A stretch of 64,000 nt of DNA from an uncultured Eubacteriales bacterium (GTDB taxonomy: Bacteria; Acidobacteriota; Aminicenantia; Aminicenantales; Aminicenantaceae). The first letter of the stretch is position 1, and each line of letters opens with the position of its first letter. The stretch spans positions 54,549 through 118,548 of the forward strand of contig CAYPGQ010000001.1 in assembly GCA_964410125.1 (NCBI GenBank). The letters run 5' to 3'. Below the pieces are notes generated by a model. The model did no database searches. It had not been told where the DNA came from and saw only the letters and a list, made by a program, of their open reading frames with translations. Positions 30,166-41,099 of the stretch are shown here, one piece after another. The position numbers and the translations under genes were made by a program.

Positions 30166-32979
30166 TTAGAATATAAGCCGAACTCCTAATCTAAAGCGCC
30201 TGGGAGAAACAATATCCTGCGGATCCTGAAAGGGCCTTTCGGCCTCGGACCAGTCACTGGTAACAACGTTGGTAATGGTGCCAGAGTTAAACACGTTGGC
30301 GATATCCACCATTGGACTTAATCTTACACTGCCGAGATTAAAGATCTTCTCCAATCTCAGGTCCAAAAGAAAAATATCAGGAAGTCGGTATTCACCTGTC
30401 TCGGTTGTTTTGAGCCACACGGTGTCACCCCTATCCCTGACATCTGTCCTTGCATTTCGCGCATATGGCATGCCACTGGAAAAGACAAAATTTGCACCTA
30501 AACTAACATCCCCTGGCATCAACCATGATCCCTGTATTTTTACCATATGAGTGGCATCATATGTCAGGCGACCGTCTATATTGGTCTGTAAATTACGGTC
30601 GAAGGAGAAGGCTCCTGAATTAGCAAAAGAGTTATCTCCATCAGAGTCGTGTTCGTTAGAGGAAGTACCCCAGGCTTTGCCGTAAAGATATGAAGCCTGC
30701 ATCTGCCACCTGTTTGAAAAGCGCTTATTAAAGACCAATTCGATGCCACTGTATTTGGCGTATGGGGTGTAGCCTACCAAGCCGTTGAAATCACCTTGTA
30801 TGGGATTATAGATTCGATAAACATGTTCGTCTGTGTCACTTGTAACTTCCCATACATCAAAGGTTTCACCAGTAGGATTTGATCCTTCATTATCGGTCCA
30901 CTTATTAGACTCAAACTCTCCATTTGTTAAAACCATATCCAGGAGGTCGTGATTAGTGCGATAAATGTAGTTAACCGCTACAGATAGATCTGCATTGAGA
31001 GCTCTTTCAACTCCAACTGTAAACTGATTCACATAGGGGAAGCTAATATCTTTACTCATCTCAAACTTATGGGGATTCCACACATCGACAAAATCGAGTA
31101 CGTATTCATCTTCGGGAAACGGATAACCTTCAAAATGTTCTCCGCTCTCTTCAAATTCCTCTTCTGACCACATATTCATAACCGAACCTATTACATACTC
31201 ATATGCGCTTTCTCTTTCACCCATCCAGCTGTAAATAAAATTAATGAATGGATGATAATATTTTCCATAGTGAAATTTCAGAGCGGTTGAATTGTCGCCA
31301 AAAACATCATAGGTTATGCCGAGTCGTGGAGCGATCCCTAATTTGGGTTCAAAGACATTTCCCCTGTCCAGCGGATCTCCTTCCAGCTCACCTCTCCAAA
31401 TGTTGAAGCGAATACCCGGATTAATAACCAGTTTTTCACCGATGGACCAGGAATCTTGGACATAAGCGGCCAAGCGCTTGTTTATTGGACGAACATCATA
31501 TTCTGTCAAAACAGTTTTGGCGTAGGGCTCGCCATCGTAATCATAATAATTAGCCCAATTTCCATCCTCATCCTTGCCGGCTGGACGGGCATAAGTCCTG
31601 CTGGGAGAGCGTTCCCACTCTACACCGAATTTAAAGTCATGGGAACCTCCTAAAAAATTTTCGGCATGGTGGCTCACAGATAAATTAGCCTGATTTCGGT
31701 TACGGTAGGCATCCCAGGGTCCCCAAAAATTTCCTGTTTGATAATCTATGACTTCATCTATATGCAGCGGATTTTCAGACTCTACTGTAGGGATATCTTT
31801 GATCAGCCAGTCAAAGCCGCTGAATTTAGCTTCCAAAAAAGTACGATCTGAAAAGATATGCAGCCAACTGAGATTATATGTTTTCTGGTCACGGCTTTCT
31901 CCACTGGCTGCCTCGGGGGACATCCAGGGACCCAGATCACGGTTTGTACTTTCAGAATTCAGATACTGGAAGTAACCAGAAAAGCGGTCCTTTGGACTTA
32001 TTTGCCAAGTAAGTTTTCCAAAAAGCTTGATCCTGTTTCCAGTCCTATCCTCCTCCAGATCTTCGATATCTCCTCGACTCCTTGCGTATTCTAATGCGGA
32101 GTAAAACCATAATTTGTCTTTTACGATGGGACCGCCCAGGCTGAAATGGGCCTGATATGAATCTCTGAAAGTTGTCAGCAGATCCGGGTCATCGGAATTA
32201 TCACTGACCCAGTTTCCCAAACCACCGTAAAGGTCAACAACACCGTGGAAATTATTTCCGCCGGATTTGGTTATAGTGTTCATAATGAGCCCATTAAATC
32301 CGTCGTATTCGGCCGGAGATCCTAATCCCATGACATTGACCTCTTCGACAGTGTTGAAATCCAGATCTGTATCAAGAACACCACCTTCAGGATTATTCAC
32401 TCCAACACCATCAACCTGGAACATTACTCCGTTATTATTTCCTCCAAATGCGACTGCCCGTTCAGTGGATTCGGTTCCAATGGTTCCGGGAACGAGCGTA
32501 ATTAGACTTCCGACATCTCTCCCAACTGGAAGACTATTGATGAACTCTTTTGACATGTTCGTTACAGATGTTTGTGAATCTTTAACATCGATAAGAGGAG
32601 CTACTCCAAGGACCTCGATAGATTCGCTGAGCGTGCCTATTGTAAGAACAAAGTCTACGGTCAGCGTCATTCCTACCGAAAGGCGGACACCTTCTTTCTT
32701 TTGTGGATTGAATCCATCTAGCTTGGCTTCAATTTCGTAAATTCCAGGAAGAAGAGCGACGAACCGGAATTTGCCAGTTATGCTGGTGAAAACACCTTGA
32801 GTGCCTCCTATAAGAGAAGGAGACGAAATTGAGACCGTTACACCGGGAAGGCCTTCTCCCTCTGGAGTTACTACTTTCCCTTCAATCGCACCATTTTCTT
32901 GGGACTGAGAGAACGTCAGCGAACAGAGAATCGCCAAAAGATAAAATAAGACTAAAAACATTTTTACAAATTTTTTCAT
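30166..32979 (-). CDS. Oar-like TonB-dependent receptor with N-terminal carboxypeptidase-regulatory-like domain
   Basis: Signal; GKVVTPEGEGLPGV, AEYDG..TKSGGNNFHG, LGGPIVKDKLWF, APRLG, PRRFRLGVRLIF. Confidence 0.92.
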   Translation of the reverse strand: MKKFVKMFLVLFYLLAILCSLTFSQSQENGAIEGKVVTPEGEGLPGVTVSISSPSLIGGTQGVFTSITGKFRFVALLPGIYEIEAKLDGFNPQKKEGVRLSVGMTLTVDFVLTIGTLSESIEVLGVAPLIDVKDSQTSVTNMSKEFINSLPVGRDVGSLITLVPGTIGTESTERAVAFGGNNNGVMFQVDGVGVNNPEGGVLDTDLDFNTVEEVNVMGLGSPAEYDGFNGLIMNTITKSGGNNFHGVVDLYGGLGNWVSDNSDDPDLLTTFRDSYQAHFSLGGPIVKDKLWFYSALEYARSRGDIEDLEEDRTGNRIKLFGKLTWQISPKDRFSGYFQYLNSESTNRDLGPWMSPEAASGESRDQKTYNLSWLHIFSDRTFLEAKFSGFDWLIKDIPTVESENPLHIDEVIDYQTGNFWGPWDAYRNRNQANLSVSHHAENFLGGSHDFKFGVEWERSPSRTYARPAGKDEDGNWANYYDYDGEPYAKTVLTEYDVRPINKRLAAYVQDSWSIGEKLVINPGIRFNIWRGELEGDPLDRGNVFEPKLGIAPRLGITYDVFGDNSTALKFHYGKYYHPFINFIYSWMGERESAYEYVIGSVMNMWSEEEFEESGEHFEGYPFPEDEYVLDFVDVWNPHKFEMSKDISFPYVNQFTVGVERALNADLSVAVNYIYRTNHDLLDMVLTNGEFESNKWTDNEGSNPTGETFDVWEVTSDTDEHVYRIYNPIQGDFNGLVGYTPYAKYSGIELVFNKRFSNRWQMQASYLYGKAWGTSSNEHDSDGDNSFANSGAFSFDRNLQTNIDGRLTYDATHMVKIQGSWLMPGDVSLGANFVFSSGMPYARNARTDVRDRGDTVWLKTTETGEYRLPDIFLLDLRLEKIFNLGSVRLSPMVDIANVFNSGTITNVVTSDWSEAERPFQDPQDIVSPRRFRLGVRLIF

Positions 32980-33075
32980 TTTAACTCCTTAAATTTAGTT
33001 TTCTTAGATGTATATTAATCCCTCAATGTGAACAAAGTAACAAAAATTTTTGCTTCAACATCCTATACGTTAAGC

Positions 33076-33104
33076 AATTTAGCTAATATAAGAGTAAAAG
33101 TCAA
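33076..33104 (-). promoter_or_regulatory. putative sigma70 promoter for the TonB receptor gene
   Basis: TTGACT-17 nt-TAAATT. Confidence 0.45.
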
Positions 33105-33130
33105 GATATTTGGGAAAAAAGTTGCAAATA

Positions 33131-34066
33131 TCACTTCAAACTCTCTATTATTTTTTCGGCAATAGGCGCATTCTTGTTTTTTGGATCCAACTTGATAAAC
33201 TTCTGAAGATGCTCTTTTGCTCTTTCAGATTCCCCCTGGCCGATAGAGATGATTCCGAGATGATAATAGGCATCAGCATACTCTTCATCCAGTGAGAGTA
33301 AGTTTTCGAACACAGTTTTAGCTTCCGTGCTTTTTCCAAGATTTATCAACACCACACCAAAGTTATAATGGGTTGTGATATCTTGATCACCCAATTCAAC
33401 AGATTTTTGATAAAATTCTCTGGCTTTTTCGTAGTTCTGCTGCCTCGCATGGATCTTGGCAGTCCTAGCATAAGGAAGTACAAAATCAGGCTTGAGTTCA
33501 ATGGTTTTCTGATAATCTAAAATGGCTTCTTCTGCGTTGCTATTTTTTTCTTGAGCTAGCCCTCTGTAAAAATAGGGCAAGGGATTGGCTTGATCTTCTG
33601 ATATCAGTTCTGAAAATTTCCTGACAGCATCTTCATATATGCCTTTTTCTAACAGGGCCATCGCTTCTTTTGCCTTTTTCACAGATTCAGGAACCCGGCT
33701 GATCGAGTTTTCAAGAATCCTAAGCTCAAAATCAGTCTGAATTGTATCGCCAAGTCTCACTCGTATTGTTTTTGATGTGGGCAGAAATCCTTCTTTTTCA
33801 ATAGTGAATTTGTAATACCCAGGCGTTAGGCCTCCTTTATAATAATTTCCTTTTTTATCCGATCGAAGCTCATATTTCATTGCGTCATTTTTTGAGTTCA
33901 CCAAGATTATTTTGACTTTGGCTATAGCTTTACCTGTCTTGGCATCCTTTACGAATCCTTTTACGGCACCAGTAGTGCCGCTTTGGGATCCTATAAAAAA
34001 AACACATAAGTAACAAACAAGAAAAATGAACAAAATCAAATGGGTAAACTTGTTGTGTACTCTCAT
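33131..34066 (-). CDS. carboxypeptidase-regulatory-like domain plus TPR protein
   Basis: GAVKGFVKD..GLTPGYYKFTIEKEGF followed by TPR repeats. Confidence 0.85.
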   Translation of the reverse strand: MRVHNKFTHLILFIFLVCYLCVFFIGSQSGTTGAVKGFVKDAKTGKAIAKVKIILVNSKNDAMKYELRSDKKGNYYKGGLTPGYYKFTIEKEGFLPTSKTIRVRLGDTIQTDFELRILENSISRVPESVKKAKEAMALLEKGIYEDAVRKFSELISEDQANPLPYFYRGLAQEKNSNAEEAILDYQKTIELKPDFVLPYARTAKIHARQQNYEKAREFYQKSVELGDQDITTHYNFGVVLINLGKSTEAKTVFENLLSLDEEYADAYYHLGIISIGQGESERAKEHLQKFIKLDPKNKNAPIAEKIIESLK

Positions 34067-36051
34067 TGAGTTACTCCTGATCGAAGTTTTTCTTCTTTCT
34101 TGATTGCAGATTCATTTTGTATTTTTTTGGCCCTGTCAAAATACACTTTGGCTTTTTCTCTCTCTCCCAATGAGAGAAAAATGGCCCCGAGAACTTGATT
34201 GATTTTGACAGTATCTCCATAGTTCCTAAGCTGCTCAAAGTATTCTGCGGCTTTTTCCAATTGTTTGAGTTCTAAGGAAGAATTGCCAAGGAGAAGGAGG
34301 ACAGAATAGTCTTTTGTGACATTTTCTCCTCCGAGAAGTTCAACAACTTTTTCGTAATCCTTGTTTCGATAATATGCACGCGAGATGACAGGAAGCGTTT
34401 TTGCATTCCATAACTCTTGTGGCAGTTTATTAAAGTATTCAATGGCAGTTTCCAGATCATCAATATTCAAGTACTGCCGAGCCAATTCAAATATATAGGA
34501 ATTCCCGGATGAAGGCGTATCAGACCACTCAAACCATCTCGGTTTTTCTATAATCAAGGGAAGAACAGCTATGATTTTTTTATAAATTTCAGTACTCTCG
34601 TGTTTAACTATCAAATGGTAGTGGCTTGACCTCAAATCTGCCAAAGGATGTTTAAAAACATAGTAGCTGCCTTGTTTCTCGATATCTGTTATCTCGACAA
34701 CATCACTTTCATCGTCAAACCGGACGAGTTGGACATCGGGTTTCTTCTCCGTCAATACTATTCCCACTATTGAATCGGTTTTATTGAATCCTAATCTCGG
34801 ATCAGAAAATATTTTATGCCGGTCGGTACAAAAAGGCATATAATTGTCAGAATGGATTTTTTCCGCTTTATAACCCACCAAAACAGGAACAGTTTGATCT
34901 GAAATATTAACCTTCTCCTTATGGCTAAAAAATTCTTCCTTGGTCTTATTTAAAAATACTATGCTGACATTAAAATCCCCCTCTATGATCGGCACAAAAT
35001 CTCTGAATATGGCCTTATTATCTTCAATATTTTTTTGCTCATGGTCTGTGAGTCGAAATTCAATTTTTCTTTCTTTCTGATATATAGTCCTTCCATCAAG
35101 ATCTGCTATTCTTAAGGTAACCTGCAAATTTGCTGTATGCAGGTTATCCGCAACCTTTATTGTGTGAATAACATCAGGCATTATGGCGTAATTCAAGAAT
35201 TTATTCCCTCTATTCTCACTTATGGATATTTGTCCGGATCCTCCAACTTCATTTACCGAATATGATACATCTACAATCCCTTCGACGGATCCAAAATTTC
35301 GAAGATAGTTATTTGCCGCTTCTTTTTCAGGTAAAGAAAATATTTGTGCAAAAACGAAGTTCGACGAGGTGGCTGATGCCGGAAAATTGGGACTGCCCTC
35401 TCCCGGGATAACTGACAAAGTGGCTTGGGCAAGTTCAGAGTAACTTCCACTGATCTCTCTATAAGCGCTAAGTCGAGAAATTTTACCGGAATTATAACTT
35501 GGGGAAAGGATATCTATAGCCGAATGAATTCCTGGATAAAACAACTCATAGTCCCCAACATCTCTTCTTTTATAGAATAGCAGATTCATAACCGGCGGCA
35601 GCCCCGGTCTTTCCTCAGAATGATATGTCCATAATTCGCACTCTACCATCTGTTCGGCCCCGACATAGTTGCTCCTCTCGAACGGCTTACCCAAAATCAT
35701 GTATATTCTCCCTCGATCGGATCTAATTCCGCGCAAACGGTTTTTCACGTAGCTGAGCCGTTTATAGTAATCTAATTTATACTCATTTTGAGGCGTTTTG
35801 AGCTCAGGATCTCTAGCTCTCCAGAACGAGTTAATAAACCTCATCCTGTCTTCTTCTGTCTTCAAGCTTTTAAATACTTTTTCTTCTGCTTTAGTGATGA
35901 TTGGCTCTACATCTTCCAGCCATTGCTGCCAAGACTCTGCTTCTTGACTAAAGACAGAAGCAAAGCTTAAAAAAGATAGGGCGAGGATAAAAAGAGGGTA
36001 TCTCAACAATTCTGAACCAGAAAATTTACTCCAGGAGCGGGCGCTTCTCAT
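34063..36051 (-). CDS. GWxTD domain protein with C-terminal TPRs
   Basis: WLEDVEPIIT..FWRARDP..NEYKLDYYKR..GIRSDRGRIYMILGKP. Confidence 0.87.
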   Translation of the reverse strand: MRSARSWSKFSGSELLRYPLFILALSFLSFASVFSQEAESWQQWLEDVEPIITKAEEKVFKSLKTEEDRMRFINSFWRARDPELKTPQNEYKLDYYKRLSYVKNRLRGIRSDRGRIYMILGKPFERSNYVGAEQMVECELWTYHSEERPGLPPVMNLLFYKRRDVGDYELFYPGIHSAIDILSPSYNSGKISRLSAYREISGSYSELAQATLSVIPGEGSPNFPASATSSNFVFAQIFSLPEKEAANNYLRNFGSVEGIVDVSYSVNEVGGSGQISISENRGNKFLNYAIMPDVIHTIKVADNLHTANLQVTLRIADLDGRTIYQKERKIEFRLTDHEQKNIEDNKAIFRDFVPIIEGDFNVSIVFLNKTKEEFFSHKEKVNISDQTVPVLVGYKAEKIHSDNYMPFCTDRHKIFSDPRLGFNKTDSIVGIVLTEKKPDVQLVRFDDESDVVEITDIEKQGSYYVFKHPLADLRSSHYHLIVKHESTEIYKKIIAVLPLIIEKPRWFEWSDTPSSGNSYIFELARQYLNIDDLETAIEYFNKLPQELWNAKTLPVISRAYYRNKDYEKVVELLGGENVTKDYSVLLLLGNSSLELKQLEKAAEYFEQLRNYGDTVKINQVLGAIFLSLGEREKAKVYFDRAKKIQNESAIKKEEKLRSGVTQ

Positions 36052-36478
36052 CTTTAATCACATTGAGAACGACATGAGTGACAACTCTTTCGATGTGCGG
36101 CACCGTTAGTTTTGTCTTTAAAAAATTGTCCAGCTCTTTACGCTCCTTAAAATAGCAGATGAGGATTGCCTCCCACTCTCCTGTAATATCGAATATCAAC
36201 TTGACCGGAGGCAAATCCTTTAATGCCTTATAAACACTTTTCAGCTTTCCATGAGCAATACGTAAAGCCACGATAGCAACGAGGTCAAAACCAAGCATGA
36301 CTTCGTCCACATCAGGGATGTAGCCCTTCAAAAGACCGGACTTTTCCATTTTTTTAACGTTGTTATAAACAGCTGTTGTTGACGTCTCAACTTCCTTTGC
36401 CACGCTTCGAAAGCTTTTTCTGGCATTCTCAGTAAGAGAGATTAATATCTTTCGTTCTAATTCGCTTATCATTTTCAC
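36026..36478 (-). CDS. Lrp/AsnC family transcriptional regulator
   Basis: NARKSFRSVAKEV HTH; ITGEWE RAM-domain motif; 150 aa. Confidence 0.9.
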   Translation of the reverse strand: MKMISELERKILISLTENARKSFRSVAKEVETSTTAVYNNVKKMEKSGLLKGYIPDVDEVMLGFDLVAIVALRIAHGKLKSVYKALKDLPPVKLIFDITGEWEAILICYFKERKELDNFLKTKLTVPHIERVVTHVVLNVIKDEKRPLLE

Positions 36479-36609
36479 CTCTTTTTTTAAAATTACAAGA
36501 AAATCAATAAAATGTAAAGTTTAAAAGGTATTTTCCTGAATACTATTCTCCAAATATACTTAAATAATCACATCTTTAAACTAATTATACCATAAAGACC
36601 TAACCTGTA

Positions 36610-39417
36610 TTATTTATCGAACCAATAATCTGGGAGTATAACTGCTTTTCTCTTTAACACTTTTCCGTCAGCCATCAACGCTATTGTATATTCACCTGGT
36701 TTGACACGATAATACGCATACAGCCGGTCTGTTAAGCCCGGAGGCTGATGGACTCTTGTCTGTAATGATCGGCCCCATTTGTCCACCTCTTCATCAGGAT
36801 CGCCATACCATTCCACAGTGTCGTAGTAATCGAAGAATTCCTCGTCTTCCTCCATGAATTTTTGCCATCTTTCCCAACGGGCAATTTCCTTTTGAGTCCT
36901 CTCTCTCCGCCAGGTCATCCCCCACTCTACTCTGTTCAGGCTTTGTGTATTCGATCCAGAAAATTCATTGATGATCCGTTTTTTATCATAAACAACAAAC
37001 TTCACATCCCCTTTTATTGGCTGTTTCAGGTAATAGTTAATCACTACAGAATGGGACTCGTTTTCGCCGGCAAAGTTTTGGGCGCTTGTGGCTTTCTGGC
37101 TGGGCATGATCCACTGCACCTTCGGTTCAATGGCGAACATGTAGACATCTTTCAATAAAACATCCGGAGTTAATTCCTGCAAGGGAGAGATGCCAGTGAT
37201 GAAAAATCCCCTGCCGTGTGTTCCCACAACAAGATCATTCTCCCTTGGATGGATCACAAGATCATGCACTGGGATGGTTGGCATATTATTTTTCATCTTA
37301 GTCCAGTTTTGCCCCCCATCTATGGTGACATACACAGCCTTATCCGTTCCGATAAACAGCAAATGTGGATTTTTGTGGTCCTCGCGAATGACATTGACCG
37401 ATTCCTCGGGCAAATTACTGACAATTGAGGTCCATGTATCTCCAAAATCTAAGGTTTTGTAGACAAAAGGCCTGAAATCATCATTGTGAAATCCTGTATA
37501 GGTTAAGTAGGCTGTTCCTGCATCAAAATGGGAAGCGATGATTCTGCTGACCCAATATCCCGGATTTTTTGGAATCCGGTCATCCAACTTCGTCCAAGTT
37601 TTCCCCTCATTTCTTGTTAAATGGACATTCCCATCATCCGTTCCGACCCAGATCACACCCTTTTCAACAGGCGATTCATCTATAGTTGTTATCGTGCAAT
37701 ACTGGACAGCACCCACTCCTTTGATCTTTTGAGGATCGTTTGTGGTCAAATCCGGGCTTATTTGCTCCCAGCTTTCCCCCCTATTGGAAGAACGAAGGAC
37801 CATGTTGGCCCCATGATAAATTACTTCTGGATTGTGAGGGGAAAGCAAAAAAGGAGCGTTCCAATTAAACCTAACGCCAGATTCCCTTTCTATCTGGATA
37901 TGTTTTCTCTTCCCGGTCTTCTGATCGATCCGGCTTAGTCCGCCGAATTGGGATTCACTGTACAACCAGCGGCTGTTGGTCGGATCGACCTGGTTATAAA
38001 ATCCGTCTCCTCCTTGGACATGTTCCCAATCTTCGAACCGTATCGGGAAACGGCCCTTTTTTGTGCTGGGCCCCTTCCACGAGCCAAAATCCTGCATGCC
38101 GCCGTAGACATTGTATGGATAGTCCATGTCGACTCCGAGGGCATATAGTTGTGCCATGGACAATTCGTCCGGATGATACCAGTTTTTACCGGAATCATAG
38201 GTGATGGCCATTCCATAGTCATAGCCCATCAATATATGCCTGGAATCGTGGGGATCGATCCACAACACATGATTGTCTCCTCCGTAGCGAAAGGCTCTCC
38301 TCCAGGTTTTCCCTCCATCTGTCGATTCATCTGCCCGAGAACTCAACACAAAAACATGATCCTCATCGTTGGGATCGACAATGATCTGGCCGTAATAATT
38401 TGATCTGTTTCCGATGCTTTTCCCTTCCGGGCTGACCAGCCGCCAGGATTCCCCTCTGTCATCGCTGCGGTATATTCCGTGTCCGACTGTGGGTTTGCTC
38501 GCCGGTTTCCCTTCGAACAATTCCTTATAGCGTTTTTCATAAGACATGCCTGGTATGTTGGCATTATCTACTGTGGCATAAAGGATTTTCGGATTTTTGG
38601 GGTAAATGGCCAGACCGATTTTCCCGAGCATTCCCCCTGGAAGGCCATTGATCAGTTTTTTCCATGTTTTCCCTTCATCGACTGTCTTGTGTATCCCGCT
38701 TCCTGGACCTGCTGTTCGAAAGGACCAGGCCCAACGCCTTCTGTCATAACTGGATGCATAAAGGATATCTGGATCGCCGGAATCCATTACAAGATCGGTG
38801 GCTCCTATATATCTATCATAAACAACAACCTCCAGTGATTTTTTCCATGTTTTCCCTCCATTTGACGTCTTGTATACACCTCGCTCGGTATTCTCGGAAT
38901 AAAGATGCCCTTGGGCTGCCACATAAACAATATTTGGATTTTCAGGATGGATCACGACACGGCCAATGTGATGGGATTCTTTTAATCCCATGTATTTCCA
39001 GGTCTTTCCTCCATCTGTAGATTTGTACATCCCGTTGCCAAAATATGTGCTATTGCGAAGGTTGGCCTCACCTGTTCCGATCCACACGATGTTTGGATCG
39101 GATGGTGCGACTGCGATATCTCCGATGGATGAAATATTTTCATGATCAAAAACAGGAAAAAAGGAATGCCCGTTATTGATCGTCTTCCACACTCCTCCCG
39201 GACCAGCTCCGACATAAAATGTATGAGAATCCTGTTTTGCTACAGCAAAGGCCACGACTCTCCCGCCCTGCCGAGTGGGGCCTATCTCCCGGGAATGAAA
39301 AAATTTCAAAAACTCCTCAGAGAGCTCCTGACCGAAAACATCCGATAGCAATAGGGAAAAAATCACCATGAGCCCTATGCTTAAGTGTTTTAAAAGTAGC
39401 CTCTTTTTCAAAACCAT
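36610..39417 (-). CDS. VPS10/BNR-repeat (sortilin-like) secreted protein
   Basis: REIGP..GGR, repeated S/TxDGGxTW BNR motifs, RFNWNAP, DLVVGTHGRG. Confidence 0.88.
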   Translation of the reverse strand: MVLKKRLLLKHLSIGLMVIFSLLLSDVFGQELSEEFLKFFHSREIGPTRQGGRVVAFAVAKQDSHTFYVGAGPGGVWKTINNGHSFFPVFDHENISSIGDIAVAPSDPNIVWIGTGEANLRNSTYFGNGMYKSTDGGKTWKYMGLKESHHIGRVVIHPENPNIVYVAAQGHLYSENTERGVYKTSNGGKTWKKSLEVVVYDRYIGATDLVMDSGDPDILYASSYDRRRWAWSFRTAGPGSGIHKTVDEGKTWKKLINGLPGGMLGKIGLAIYPKNPKILYATVDNANIPGMSYEKRYKELFEGKPASKPTVGHGIYRSDDRGESWRLVSPEGKSIGNRSNYYGQIIVDPNDEDHVFVLSSRADESTDGGKTWRRAFRYGGDNHVLWIDPHDSRHILMGYDYGMAITYDSGKNWYHPDELSMAQLYALGVDMDYPYNVYGGMQDFGSWKGPSTKKGRFPIRFEDWEHVQGGDGFYNQVDPTNSRWLYSESQFGGLSRIDQKTGKRKHIQIERESGVRFNWNAPFLLSPHNPEVIYHGANMVLRSSNRGESWEQISPDLTTNDPQKIKGVGAVQYCTITTIDESPVEKGVIWVGTDDGNVHLTRNEGKTWTKLDDRIPKNPGYWVSRIIASHFDAGTAYLTYTGFHNDDFRPFVYKTLDFGDTWTSIVSNLPEESVNVIREDHKNPHLLFIGTDKAVYVTIDGGQNWTKMKNNMPTIPVHDLVIHPRENDLVVGTHGRGFFITGISPLQELTPDVLLKDVYMFAIEPKVQWIMPSQKATSAQNFAGENESHSVVINYYLKQPIKGDVKFVVYDKKRIINEFSGSNTQSLNRVEWGMTWRRERTQKEIARWERWQKFMEEDEEFFDYYDTVEWYGDPDEEVDKWGRSLQTRVHQPPGLTDRLYAYYRVKPGEYTIALMADGKVLKRKAVILPDYWFDK

Positions 39418-39481
39418 CACGCCTCCTAAATACAAAATATTTCTTTCTTGTAGACTTATCGCAACTGTTTCGGGCTTCAGC

Positions 39482-40864
39482 TCACCTGATCACATGCCAC
39501 TTGTGTTCTTGTGGCCGGGCAAGGTATTGCAATCCATCTTTCGTGAAAGCTGTGATCTGTCCGATGCCCAACTCGACACCGTGTTTCCAACCGGGAACAG
39601 CAATTCTGGTGTGCGGTTCAAAGGCATAAAGGGTGTTGAAATGCAGCTTATGATTATTCGTCACGATCGACGTGGGATAATAGCCAGTGCCTGATGTCAT
39701 GCCGGCAACATAGGATTTCCTGTCAAACATATAACCTCCCAGCCAGAAACGCCATATGTACATCGGGGGAGGATGAAATCCCAATTCGGTCTCGATGATC
39801 CCCTCCTCCGGAATTATCTTCCTGGATGCTGCGACAATTTCCTTCCCTGTGCGCCTTACCTTGAATTCTTTCCTGAACAGATCCTGGATTCGGTTGACTT
39901 TTCGCAACGCCTCTTTCAATGGCTCTGGGACATCGGTCTCGCCTTTTTTCAATACGTAGGCATGCTGGTGAGAATCGGTAATCAGTCCGTACAAATAAAG
40001 ATCGGTATCACAACTGACAACATCGCCTCGTCGAATGATTACGCTGACTCCATTGTTAGTTCTTCCGTTTCGAAAAAATTCGGGAGGATCATCATATTTG
40101 GCCATGTTTTTTTCATTTCTCTGCACATTGATGGTGGGATAGTTTTCCATATCCAGGCCCAGTTCCAGGTATTTATGCAGGACCCACCAGTTCAAATCTT
40201 CTGTCGTTGTGACATCAGGAATAACCACTTTATTCGAAAACGCCTCGGCAATAACCTCATTGGCGACTCTTTGCACATGACGGTAAACACTTATCCTTTC
40301 TGGGCCGACTGTCTCAAGCCATCTCACTCCCAATGTCCAGGAATCAATGGACCGAGAGGCATACTTTTTCCCCAGGGCCAAGATCATTTTTTCCTTGTTA
40401 TATTGATCAATGGCGATTGTGTTGGGATCCCGCTCTTTCACTAATTCTGAAATATGTTCATAATCCCGGGGTTCCACATTTTCGATCTTTTTTCCTGTGT
40501 CATAAAACATAAGAAATCTAGGAAGTCTTTGCGAGCCTGGAGGAGCATATTTGCTGGGATAGGTCAAACCCTGATGATTCGCAGGTAAAAGAGAAACATA
40601 AACCGGACCTTGATTATTATAATAAAGATCGGCTTCATCATCGCGGATGATCCACATATCGATACCCTGTTCCCTCATTACCATCGGAAGCACATGCATT
40701 ATTTTCCATTTCCACCACTTTTCTGTGAGCTTCACCCTTTCTCGCAGGGGCAAAATATTCTTGCTGTCTTCGATCGCTACAATTTGGGCTTGAATAAAAA
40801 TCTGACTTGTCAAAATCCCCAATATCAATACAAACAAAAACCATAATAAACCTTTTTTGCTCAT
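39482..40864 (-). CDS. secreted M24 family (Xaa-Pro) aminopeptidase-like protein
   Basis: LPMVMREQGIDMW, IIRRGDVVSCD, LITDSHQHAYVL, YAFE. Confidence 0.8.
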   Translation of the reverse strand: MSKKGLLWFLFVLILGILTSQIFIQAQIVAIEDSKNILPLRERVKLTEKWWKWKIMHVLPMVMREQGIDMWIIRDDEADLYYNNQGPVYVSLLPANHQGLTYPSKYAPPGSQRLPRFLMFYDTGKKIENVEPRDYEHISELVKERDPNTIAIDQYNKEKMILALGKKYASRSIDSWTLGVRWLETVGPERISVYRHVQRVANEVIAEAFSNKVVIPDVTTTEDLNWWVLHKYLELGLDMENYPTINVQRNEKNMAKYDDPPEFFRNGRTNNGVSVIIRRGDVVSCDTDLYLYGLITDSHQHAYVLKKGETDVPEPLKEALRKVNRIQDLFRKEFKVRRTGKEIVAASRKIIPEEGIIETELGFHPPPMYIWRFWLGGYMFDRKSYVAGMTSGTGYYPTSIVTNNHKLHFNTLYAFEPHTRIAVPGWKHGVELGIGQITAFTKDGLQYLARPQEHKWHVIR

Positions 40865-40883
40865 CGTTCCTCCTCCTATTTAC

Positions 40884-41099
40884 CTATTTATGCCATCGCC
40901 TATTGTTTTTCATTTGATTGGGCGTTCTCGGGAGTTTCTGATCCTGCATGGCCGCGTTATATGCGAAACTCGCGCGGTTGAATCCCTCGTCCCTGATATT
41001 TTCTATCATTTCGTAATCGATTTTTTCCTGGGATGACACTAAAAAAGAACTGAGAATTCCGAATGCAACCACCGACAAATATTTTCCATATTTTTTCAT
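40884..41099 (-). pseudogene. M28-type peptidase remnant with large in-frame internal deletion
   Basis: Signal plus QEKIDYEMIENIRDEGFNR (typical N-terminus) fused to ASFAYNAAMQDQKLPR (typical C-terminus); AAGGAGG RBS; family recognised from memory. Confidence 0.65.
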
